A stretch of DNA of 64,000 nt from a candidate division FCPU426 bacterium. GTDB lineage: Bacteria > Oederibacteriota > JAAXVQ01 > JAUVAV01. The notes beneath the pieces are model-generated. The model saw nothing but the letters and a program-made list of their open reading frames with translations, made no database searches and was not told where the DNA came from. The DNA is taken from contig JBFLYH010000003.1 of NCBI GenBank assembly GCA_040756875.1, positions 352,001 through 416,000 on the forward strand, read 5' to 3'. A program made the translations under genes and the position numbers. This document shows, in pieces, positions 50,701 through 62,700 of this stretch (the stretch's first letter is position 1; every line of letters starts with the position of its first letter).

Positions 50701-53700
50701 GTTCTCGTAATTGCGCTGCAAGCTATCGAAGATCTTGTCCCGGCGGGTGGGCAGCGCGCGGCCGTCGGGAGTCCAGTATTGGACATCATAAACCACCTGC
50801 GTGGCCCCGGGTTTCAGTTCACGCAACCGGGCCAGCAGTTCGCGGTTGTTCCGGTCCCGCAGGGCTTCTTCGGCGTGGCTCGCGCGGCTCTTTTTGGACA
50901 GCTCCAGAACGTCCTGGCTGGGAAGCCCCGGATTCAGCACGGAGTTCAGCAGGACCGACAGGTTGGAAAATTGCTGGAAGCCGTCCGGATAGCGTTGGTT
51001 TTTAGAACCGTCCAGGACGACCACGTGCGGAGCTTCGGTCATCAAGCGGCGCAAAATTTGGGGCGTAATGTCGTCTTCCGGCGCCATGCGGGCGTCCGCA
51101 TCTTCGCGGTAGAACAAACGGTCCGCAATATAGGGCGGGTTGGTGTGGCTCATGCCCGAACGCGCGCGGGTCCGGATGAATTCGACCTGTTTCCCTTTCT
51201 GGGCAGCATACTCTTGGATATGCTGCTTCAGCGGCTGGGTGACGAACATGCCGTACGCCACGTTTTCGCAGATCAGGACAGGAGCCGTGGCGGCGTCGAT
51301 AATGCGTTCAAGGTAGCGGGCCACCTGCAGGCTTTCATACGCCAGAAAATACTGTTCCTGGGCCGATTCCTTGATTTGCTGCTCCAGGCGCGACAAGGCG
51401 TCCAGGCCGAGTTCATCCACCATGTCCGCCACTGCTTCGATGCCCCGGTCCCGGATGGCGGCCAACTGGCGGTTGCTGGCCAGCAGGCTGAGCAGGCGGG
51501 CGGCGTTCTGGCCGGTCCGCTGGATCATCCGGTTCATTTGGCCGATGAAAAGCTGCACTTCCGCAAAATCGGCAAATCCGCCCTTTCGCTGGTAGTTTTC
51601 GAGCACCTGCACGAAATGCACAAAGTATTGGGGCCGGTCCGCGATCAGCTGCACGATGACCGCCGCGTCATAATCTTTCAACCCCTTCAGCGCCGCATGG
51701 AGGCTTTCAAATTTATTAGCGGTCTTCAAATGTTCCTGATGCCGGAGCAACGCTTCGGTCAACTGCGGAACCACGGCCGCCAATTCCGGATGGGCCCGGA
51801 CCAGGGCCGCCACTTTATTCTCGACTTGTGTTTTCTTGTCGCCCGGCCCGACCACCATGCCGGCAGCGGCGAAAATCACCCCGCCTTCCGCCGGATGCTG
51901 GGCCAGGAGGGAGTAAATGCCTATGGCCGCCAGCAGTACGATCATGGGATTGCCGCGGATAAAATCAATTACACGTTTGGCCAGCCTGGCGAAGCCCGCC
52001 GGATTGACGACCTTGGCCAGCTTTGACAGCGTGGTGCGGGTGGGCAATCCGGTTATAACGGCCCCCATGCCTAGAATCAGCAGAATGCCGGCAGCGACCA
52101 GCCCGCCGGTCAGCAGGGTTGCGGTTCCGGTGGCGATGATGGCCGTCGTACCCGCCACGACCGCCGAGGCGCCGGTGAGCACGCCGGCCAGCGGCGCGGT
52201 AATGAATCCGCCCTGGCCGGGTTTGGCCTCCAGCTGGGTGGGAATGGGCATTCCCCGCTTTTCCATTTCGAGGCTCAAGGCATTGGCAAAATCCTGGTCC
52301 ACTGTCTGTCCCTGGGCTTTTTGCTCCAGGATTTGCCGCCAAGCAGCCAGCAGCGCCCCTTGGATGGCCCTTTCGATCTCCGGATTATCCGCGGACAGAT
52401 TGGGATCGATGGAATGAACGGAAATCTGAAGCCCGGTTTCGCCAAAACCGAGCGAAACTTTCAACATGGACCCAAAAGCATCCACCCCGAACTTCAGAAC
52501 CCGGTTTTCTTCGGCGTTGTCGCCGATTTGGCCGTACGCCGAGCGGACCGCGGGATGCAGGTTCTCGTGCACGAGATCATAAGCTAGCAATTCCGGATCA
52601 TTGAGATGCCCGGCTGGCACATAGGTCCGGCCATTTACCAGGAAAGCGCCGAGCTCCTGGCCCTCCAAAGTGACCGGTGCATGCAATTGCACTTCTCCCG
52701 GATTCAAAGCGGACAGCGTGCGGTCCAGGGAACGCCAGGTGTTGATCTCCCTGGGGTCAGCGGGTTCTTCCTGCCCCTGCAGCCTCGCCAGCTGCTTCTT
52801 CACCAATGCTTGAGCCCGGACCTTCGCGGCCCGGAATTTATCGATGTCTGCGGAAGTCTTTTCCAGGATCAGCGCCACATGACTCCCGAGCGGCGAGGTC
52901 ATGGTCATGTGGGAGGAGACCGCCCGGTCGCCCGCCTCCACCGGTACTTCCAGTTGCTGTTGCCGGCCCTCCAGGGCCAGCGAATAGGAGCGCGTGGCCG
53001 GGGCTTTCTTAATAAGCTCCACTTGCTCGGTATCAACGCGTATATTCGGCTGCGCGCCTTGGGCCCAGGCGGAAACATTCGGGGTCGAAACCGCCATGAA
53101 CCCGGCCGCGATCAGGGCAAACAGCATCAGGAAAAGCGAACGGGGCCTGAACCCGCGGGTGCGCGGCGCAGTTTCCGCCGCTTCCACTTCCTCCACCATA
53201 CGGCGCTGGGCGCCCGGCTCGGCGAACATCCCCTGCAGGCGGGTGACCGCCAACCCCATCTGCGTAACCAGGGCCGGCTGCCGCAGCGTGGGCTGATAGG
53301 CCGTGATCTTGCCCTGTTTGGCCATGCTGGCCACGCGCAGGTCCGAGAACAAGCGGCCCAGACCGCGCTTGGCCGCCTGCTTGGTCGGCATTTCGGAGAA
53401 GACTGCGGTCAGGACGACGTGGGCCTGGTTGCCTGATTGCGGGTCGTTGATCTCCTTTTCCAATTCCGACAGCACGCCGGGCAGCTTCCTATTCATCCGG
53501 CCCGGTTGGCGCAGCAGGTTCAGGCCGTTCAGGTCCAGAATCAGGTGGGGCAAGCCGATCATCTGGTCGCCGGCCGTATAACCGATGGCGTCGTTGACTA
53601 ATTTGAAGCGGTTATAATTGACCCCGTCCCGCGTGGCGATGACGTAGGAGGCCATGGTTTCATCGAGCGTCCGTTCCAGGACCGGGTCGGCCAGGACTTC

Positions 53701-56700
53701 CTCAAGCGGACGCTGTTGTTGTTGCGACCATTCCTCGGCCATGCGTTGCCGCAGGATCCCGCGGGCTTGCTCGACAAAGGGGCCGTAATACTGCCCTTCC
53801 AATTCCAGCAGGTAGGTGGTTTCCGGGGTGATGACGGCAATGTGCACTTTGTCCGGCCCGCTGTCCGGCGGCGCCCGGCTGACGTGCACTTCGGGCTGGA
53901 AATCGCCGCGCCCGGCCAGCACGGCCAAGCGCTGCGCCACCAGTTCGCGGAACCCCTCGGTGGAAAAGTGTTTCGGATAAATGGCGTCGTGCTTGGGTTT
54001 GTCGCCGCTCCGGAGGATCATGTTGTCCTCGTAGAGCAGTTGTTGCCGCAGCAGCTGGCGGCCGTGCGCGTCGCCCAGCACCGGGGCCTCGGCTTTCTTC
54101 TCTTTGGCCTGAATCGGCTTCGTCAGGTCGTCCACCACCACCTGGTTTTTGCCCGCATCCTTGGCCACGTGCAGAAAATCGCCAGCCAATTGATATAAAG
54201 CTTCGCTCCAGGCTTGCACCTCCGACCGGCTCAGCTCTCCGGCCGCCTGTTTCTCGACGTAGGCGAAGTCCACGCGGGAGGCTTTGGTGGCGCCGATGGA
54301 AAGCGTGGGCGTGAGGAAGTATCCCTCCTGCAGGTACCCGTATCCCTTCTGGTCAATGGGCGGTTTGAAATCTTCGGCCTCCCGGGGCCAAGCCATTTTC
54401 GTCAAATTAAGGTTTTCCAGGCGGGCGGTCTGCAACCCAGCTTGTTCGAGGCGTTTCTTGAAAATCTGTTCAAGCAAGCGGCCGTTGACCTGATCCGCCG
54501 GCACGGGCGCAAATCCCTGCAGTTCCCGCTGGAAACGGCCAGCCAGGTCGTTGCGTCCGACGCGCAGCAACAGCCGCACGCCGTACACTTCGTCGAAAGC
54601 CACCCGCGCCAATTTGGGATCGCCGTAATCCTCGTTGATTTTAGCCGCGATAGCCCGCAATTGCTGTTCTTCCTGGGGTTTCAGCCCCCGCAAATCATAG
54701 GCCATGAACTGGCGGTGCATGTTCAGCTGCACCCGGCTGCGGAACAGGCGCATGATCTCTTTGATTTCCTGGGGAGTGAAATTTTCGGGCATGAGATACA
54801 GGCCCTCGTCGCCTCCGTGCCGGATGGTCGTCACCCGGGTTTCAGCCAGCTTGGGCAACAGCTTAAAGACCTGACGGAAATGGAGCGTAAGCAGCGCGCC
54901 CAGCAGCTGCCGCCTCACTGCCTGCCGCTTCTTTTCCAGGATCAGCTTTACCGGCCTGGAATTCGCCGTCTCCTCAATGATGCCGAGCACGTCGTCCAGC
55001 AGGAAATTCGTTATGGATTTGCCGTAAATGAGGTTGTAGCCGGACAGCCCGTCGATGTCCGAAAATCCCAGCCAGGCGTCGCCGGCTTGCTCCAACATCT
55101 GCCGCCGGGCGTTTTCACCCTGGATCCGGTTGAGCATACGGTTCCGCTCGCGCGCCATGGACCACAACCGGCCGATGGCCGAGCGAACCACCCTGGACTT
55201 GCGGATAATGCTCTGCTGCGCGGTGCCGAGAACTTCGGCCAGGGTGAAATTGCCCGTGTCCAGCACCACAGCCTCCGGAATCGGGCGGAGGGGATCACGC
55301 GACCGGGTGCGGGCTGAGAGGTCCATGTTCTCGATTTCCTTCAACCCAGCGGCCAACTCCTCCTCGGTGCGCAACGGGCGCTTCAAGAGCCGTTCCGCGC
55401 GGTTCCGCAGATCGTTGTTCACCACGTAGAAGCGCATTTTGGCGTCCCGGTCGAACAGCTTGGTGCCCATGGTCTGCCCGACCGCCACTAGGTTTTCCCG
55501 TTTGGCCAGGGCGCGGAGATGGTCGTCCACCACTTTTTGGACCGCCGGAATCCGTCCCAGCCTGGAGGCCAGGGATTCGAGGCGCTGGAAATCCTCTCCG
55601 GCCGCGTTGACGGCGTTGGGCAGCACCTGGTCCGTCACTTCGCGCCGCCGCCCTGGAAAAGCGCCTTCGCGGAGGAAAACCCGCATGCGCTGTTCTCCCA
55701 AGGCGCGGTCGAAATAAACCGTGACATTCGCCTGCTGCAAACGGTCCATGACGATCTTGGTGAAGGTGGCGAAGGCTTGCTGCTCGGCGGGCGTTTCCGC
55801 GCGGAAAGCGTCCTCGGTCCAATTCCCCTTGTCGATCTCGTCCTTGACGATGAGCGCGAACGCCCGGTAATAAATAGCCGCATCCGCGTAGGTATAGCCA
55901 AAGTAGCGCGACAAGACCTCGCCGATTTCAGTTTTTCCCGTGGCATCCGGTCCGTCCACCGTGATGATAAATCGCGGTTTGAAGAAGGTCGCCACGCTCC
56001 ACAGCAGGGGCACCAGGCCCGAGCCGGCGAGCGTCACGGCGGCCGCGGGTGCGACCAGCCCGGTGGCAATGGCCCCCACGGCCAACAGGGTGGCTAGAAT
56101 GCCTATCACCCCCACGATCGCGCTCAGCACGCGCGTGGGCCAGAATATTTCCCGGGCCAGGGACTGTAAGAACGGCTGTGTGCCGAGGCTGTAGGCGGAC
56201 ACGGCTTCCAGGTCCGCCACGTTGCGGTGGTCAAGGCCCAGCACTGACTCCAGCAATTCATGCAGCAGGGCTTGCGGCAGCTGGCGGTGGGCCATGACAT
56301 TGACGAAGCCCACGGGCCCGGCCGGCGTTTCTTCCACCGTGAAAAAGGCCCCGATCTTGAGGGCCTCGGGAGAAACCGACGCCTTGGAAGTAATCTTGCG
56401 AATTTGCAGATCCGTGATGGCCCGGTCCTGGCCGTTGACCTTGACGGTCAAGCCCTGCCCGCTTTCCAGGGACTGGACCGCGGCCTGGGCTTGGTCGAGC
56501 GTGTTCTCGAAGACCGTGCCCCGCAGGCTGCGGCGCAGGCGATTGATTTCCTCGGACAGTACCTGGCGGGTATAGAGCCCGGCCCGGGTTTCGGCCTTGT
56601 GGCCGAAGGAGGCGAAAAAGGCGTTCAATTGCTCCTGATCCAGCAGATCGAACCCGCGCTGCACCAGCGTTCGCGCCAATTGCAGGGTGTTCGCGCCGGG

Positions 56701-59700
56701 AATTTGTTTGAAAAGACGGTCGCGGAGTTCCTTCTGCGAATTTAAAAACACCGCCAGCAGCGTCGACAGGGCTGATTGGGTTTCCTCGCCGTAGAATCCG
56801 CGCCGGTCCAGGGCCAGCGCGCGCACGCGCTGCTGCTCCTGCAGCAGAGACCGGGCCACCCGCGCCACCAGGAGGGCGTTTTCTTTCTGGCGTTGCTTCA
56901 ACGCCGGTGTTCCGCCGGGTTCGCGGTCAACGGCGCTGATCACGTCCGCAGTGTTGGCCACCACGTTCCGCAGGTGCACCTCGTCGTAATGGGTCGTTTG
57001 GCTTAACTTGGCCCTCAGGCTTTCAGGCGCCAGTTCCTGCTCCACCACAAACGCCAGGGCGTGGGCCTCGGCAATGCCCTGGCTGCGCAGAGCCGCCTCC
57101 ACCGCTTCATGCAGGATCGTGGATTTTTTCAAATCCCCCTCGAGTTGCCGCTCCGCGATGACCTGGAGTTTTCCGCCAGCCTGGCGGTGCACGGCCAGGG
57201 CGCCGGAGATCCGCTCGGTGGTCCGGACCTCGAAGTTTTCGGGCGAAAGCCCGCGCAGGTAAGCTTCCACGGCCGCGGCATCCTCCGCCTTGGCCAGGAA
57301 GGGACGCACCGCGTTGGCCGCCGCTTCGGCGCGTGAACGGATGTACTCGGCATATTCCGCCGGAGATTCGGGCTGGAGGTCGGCGGCGCGCGTTTCCACG
57401 GCCTCGAAGCCTTCGATTTCCACGGGCGTGGCGATGTCCTTGCTGGCGCGGGCCTGCCCGTTTTTAAGATCGATCACGCCCACGATCTGGGAAGGATCGA
57501 AGCGGGTCATGCCTTCCAGGGCGTGGCCCGGGAACAGGGCGACCTGCGTGAATCCCAGGGCGGCCAGGGCCTGGCGCATTCCGCGGATGCCGGCCAGGAA
57601 TTGGGCCTCCGCGCCCCGGAATCCCGGACGCTGATAGTGGGAGGAGCCGTTGTCCACGCACAATACGGTCTGGCCGTTGATCATCGCCACGCGCATGTAA
57701 CCGGCAAATTGCGCCTGGGCGATGTTGTCGGCATTAGGGTTGGAATAGGTGGCGTGCGGCACCCCGCCCCGGGAAACGATCTGGCCGCTGGCCGCGGCAT
57801 AGGTCAGGAAATCGCTCCAGCCCACGGTTCCCGTAGTGTCCCGGACCTGCTGCTTGAGGCTGTCCAAAGCTTTGACGTATTCCGGATTGCGGCGGGCGAA
57901 ATCCTCGAAATTCAAGGTCTGCACCAGCAGGCGTTTTTGTTCGGTCAGGTTGCCTTGCAGGGCCAGCACATCCGGATCATCGCTGTAGCGGTTGACCAGC
58001 GTCGCCATGAGCTGTTCCGCCTCATCCAACAACTCAATCAGACGGGTCCGCTGGTATTTCCCGCTTTGATACTGCTGGAGCGCCGTGTTGAACGCCTGGC
58101 GGACGCCGGCCATCAACTGCTTTTGTTCGTCTTCAACCACGCGGCCGGCCCTGCGCGGCCCGACCAAGGCCAGGGGGCGTGTCTGCGGCAGGGCGGCCAC
58201 CGCTTGTTCGTGGGCCGCCTGGGCCAAGCGGGCGAGGGAGGCGGTTTGGCCGCCTTGGGCCTGCCGCAAGGCCGCCAGTTCATCGGCCACGATGTTCAAT
58301 TCAGCCGCCAGGGCGGTCTGGGAAGCCAGGGAGCGGTCCGAGGCGACTTGTTCAAGCGGCACCTTCAGGCTGTCGGCCAGATTGCGCGCATACTGCATGC
58401 GATAAAGGGCGAGCGCCATCTGCTCCACTTCAGCCCAGTCGGCCGTATCGAAGAACCAGGCGATCTGGTCCAATGCCTGCTGCAGGTTTCCGCGGATCGC
58501 TTCACGCCGGGACTGGGCGGCGTTCGCCGCGTCCTGCAACTGTTTGAGCGCCGTCACATACCCTTGGGTTTTAGTGGCATTGCCGAGGAACCAGACGGCT
58601 TGTGATGTGTACTGGGAAAATATTTGCTGAAAACGCGGGTCATTCGCGAGTTTGTCCGCCAGGAATGGAAGGGGATAATCCGCAGGCAGGAAGCGGCTAA
58701 GCTCTTCCTGCGACGGAGGCGCTTTGTTGCCAAACAGCCGTATGACCTGCTGCGATGCAGTCTGGCGCAACAGGTCCTGCCCTATCCGGCGCAGGCTGTT
58801 GCGCACGGCATCCGCCTGATCGGCAAATCCCGTTTCCTGGAAATTGGAACGGAAGAAACGCCCGAAATCACGAAGCGCACCAATTGCAGCCTCGGGAGTC
58901 GGCACTTGGGTTTGCAGTTTGCGGTCGATCAATTTCGCCATGGTCCCGGGCTGCGAAGCCAGGGCTTTGTCCAGCGTGGCCTGCAGCAACTGCCGGGCTT
59001 GCGGCTGAAGGGCAACAGGCAGGTCTTTGAGCACGGCCGCTGCACGGGCGTCGAAGTTCAGCGCGAATTCGACGGCATAATTAGCCTCGGTGAACTTGGC
59101 CGCTTCGTCGGAGGCCACCCGTTCAACCATCAACGTCAAGGCCGGCGTCAAAGCCAGGCCCTCCTCGCCGTCGAAAGCCATCCTCACCAACTCGCGCACG
59201 CCGTCCGTGGTGCGAATCGGCGCGCGGGCGGTTTCATAGGCTGAAAATTCGGCCGGAACGACGTCTTGGGCGTAGGTCTTCAAGTCTTGGATATGCTTGG
59301 TCACGGCCGCATCCAGACTCAGGCCCTGCAGCGTCAGCTTGAAGGTTTCCAGCAGGTCGGCCCCTGAATAAAACCGGCTGTCCATGCCGGCCAGGGCCTG
59401 GGATAGTTGCGCCAGCAGTTTGACGCCGTCCTGGTGGGTTTTCTCCGTCGTCCGTCCGGGCACAAGGGATTCGAGTTGTCCGGCCGACAGTCCGCCGGTG
59501 TACGTCGCCAGGGTATCGATCGAAACCTCGGTCCAGCCCCGCGCGTTGAACCAGGTGCTCATGGTTTCACGTTCGCCGTCGGTTAAGGCAATTTCGCTCG
59601 CCGGCCCGACTGCGGCCAAGGGCAACTCCACCGTCTCCCCGAGAATGGCGCGCCGGTTGACATTGCCGATTTCCGCGGTGTAATCGGCAATGCCCAACTG

Positions 59701-62700
59701 GTAGCCGGCCAGGATTTTGGCGATCAGGCCGGCCCGGATTTCGCCGATGCGCGTCTGTTCCAAACCGGCGATGTGCCCGCTTTCGTGCGCCAGGCGGCGC
59801 AGCAGCTGCATCTTGCCGCGGTTGTTTTTCAGCTGGTCCAGGGCCTTGGCATTGAGAACCATGCGGTTGCCCTGCACCTCGGAAAACGCCTGGCCGTGTG
59901 CCAGTGCATCCATTTCACCCGATAGACGTACCTCGAACTCCTTGTCGCCGCTGGCCTTGAAGGCGGCCATGATTTCCGAGAGTTCGAACGCCGCATTCGG
60001 ATACTGTTGCAGGCGCTGCTGGAGTTCAAACCGCTCCTGCTGCTGGGCCGGCGTGGGTGCGGCGATGCGGTTCAAGAAATTCAACCGCCGGTTCGAAGCC
60101 CGGCGCTCCTGATCCAGCGTCCGCTGCGCCGCTTGCACGCGTTTCACCAACTGCGAAGTTTGCAAAATGACGCGTCCGTCGGGCCGCATCTGGAATCCCA
60201 ACAGTTTCAGGCCGTCGGTGACAATTTGGCGCTGCCCGTTGTCGGCCACCTGGCCCAGGGGCGTGGCGCGGTCCATGATTTGCTCCAGGGTCAGCGCTGA
60301 AGTCCCGGCCCCGGCCGGTCCCAGCAGGGCGTTGTCGGGTTTGCGGCTTATATTCAGGTTGATCACCGGAGCTTCGGCGACTTCCTCTTCCACCGGAGTC
60401 TCCGCGCTGCTGCCGGCCATGATTTCCTGGCTGGCGGCGGTCATGGGCAGTTCGGCGCCCTGCAGCAGATCGGCGTCCAATTGCTGGGCAAAATTCAGCA
60501 ATCCCTGGCGGATGGAAGCGATTTGAAGCTGGGCCGGGCGGAAAAATACGATCGGATTGAAACTGAAATTGGGGATCTGGACTTTCAGGTTGTTCTGCTT
60601 GGCCAACTGCCTCATGGCATCTCGCTGGCGGTCGCTGGTAAACTCCGGCAGCAGGCGTTCGGGGCTCAACACATCCTGTTCACCCAGCTCAAAACTACGG
60701 CGTCCCGCGCGGATGGCCTGGACCAACTGGGCCAAATGCGAACCCGCGCTTTTCAAATCCAGACTGTCCAGAGACGTTCCGGCCAAAACAGCCTCCGCCA
60801 GCTCCTCGGCCTCGTTGTAATCCCGCACCAGACGGTTCAGGTTGTCCGACGGCGTAACCTCGCCCAGCAGGGGTAGGCGGCCGTTCCGGAAGGCCATGCC
60901 TGCCAGCGCGAGGCGTTCGGCGCGGCCGGCAATGAAGGCTTGCAGGGTTTTGTCGTCTTTCGACAGATCCAGAACGTTTTGCAAATCCACTTCCAATTCC
61001 GTCCGGTTCACCTGGTTCTGCGCATAACCGTACTTATCCAGCGACCACAGCATGGCCCGCTCCACCAGGCGCTGCTCCGGCCTGAAATACCCGCTCATGC
61101 GGGCGGTGACAACGGACCAAAGAGTGGCCGCCGGCCTGAATAATCTTGCCAAGGCCGCAACAAGGGAGCGCGCCGCCGATACCGGCGTCAGTCCCCGCAA
61201 TCCCTGGGGCGCGCCCCAGGCAATGGCCAGCGTCCCCAGTGCCCGGGTGATTGGGTTGGTGACTTCCGCCACCTGCGCCGCAAGCCGGCTCAGGGCGAAG
61301 GCACCGGCGCGTGCAGGTTCCTCAGTGCCGAGGATCTGCGCGCGCTTCTGGGCGAACTCGTCGGCGCCTACGAATTGGAACTGGAAGTTGTTGCCGTAGA
61401 GCACTTCCCCGGACAGCTCCGTGGTGTAGGCCGTGGTGGCGTTGGGTCTTACGACCACGTACCACCCGGCCTCCTGATCGAACTGGAAGACAAAAACATT
61501 AGCCGCGGGATTGGATTGCTCGGGCCTGAAAACCAGGCTGACCTTGGCGTCGTCCTCGGGATAGTTCCCGCGCGCCTCGCGGAACGCCTGTTGCAGGGCA
61601 TCGCCGGCAAGCTTGTCTTCCAGCACCAATTTGCGCCCCAACTCGATCTCCCAAACCGTTTCGAGATAGCGTTTGAAGACGGGATTGTTGAAAAGGCTGC
61701 GGGGAGCGAAAATATTTTCATTGCGGGCCAGCAATTTCTCCAAGGGGGTGCGCTCATTGCGCAGCAGCGAAAAATAGGGGTTGGCGACGTCCGTACGCGT
61801 CAGGCGAGGTTTAACGGTCAGGAACGAGACTCCCTGGGTCCGCAGGACGTTTTCGACATGCGAGGCGTGAAAACCGCCCGTGATCAGCACGGCCAAGGAC
61901 GTCTGGTTCTTGCGCATGGCCTGCATCAGGTTTTCCACAAAAGCCTGCGAACGCTGATCAGCCACGCGGTAGAAATCCGCGGACAGGTCGAGGTATTCAA
62001 CCAGCTTGAGTACACCCGGGTCCAGATCCGGCTGCAGGGCGTACCGGTAACTGACGTTTTCCAGAAAATGCAGCATGGACTCCAGCGTGAAATCCTCGCG
62101 GTGGCCTCGGAAGTAGCGCAAATCCTCTTCGGTCGCGCTGATGTTGATGAGGTTCTCCATTATTTTCAGGACGTACAGCTGATGGTCCAACTGGCGTTGC
62201 TCGTCGCTGGTGTACAAGCGCTGCCGGACAGCCCGGTCCAAAGCCTCGGCTTCATGCAGCAGACGTTCGTAGTCGACCACCGCGTTCACGGGCAGCCGGT
62301 GCTCCAAGGCGTACAGGCGGATGACTTTGTACGGTTCCAGTTCCACTCCCAGCCGGTTGGCTTCAGCCAGCAGGAAATCGCAATACTTTTCGAGCGTCTG
62401 GTTTTCCTGGTCGAAATTCTCTCGTTCATGGTCCATTTTGGCCAAATCCGTGCTGTAAATCGGGCGTTTGAGTTGTTCGAGGGCAAAACGCAAATCCTGG
62501 CAGTAGCCCTGGCTTTCCTCGTTCAGGAATTTCATCAGGGTGTTCTGGTTATGATCATAGAGCGCCTGGGATTCAATGCCCTGCAATACCAATGGTTCCG
62601 CACCCGTGGCAGCCTGGTATTCCGCTCCGGTTATGCGTCCCCGCTGGAGGAAGTACTGTCCGACTTTGTCCTTGACCGGCGATAAGGGGATACGGGCAAG

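Noticed and set aside
50575-62685. Plus-strand ORFs of 270-480 aa within the giant gene
   Set aside because: Antisense in-register shadows without recognisable motifs.
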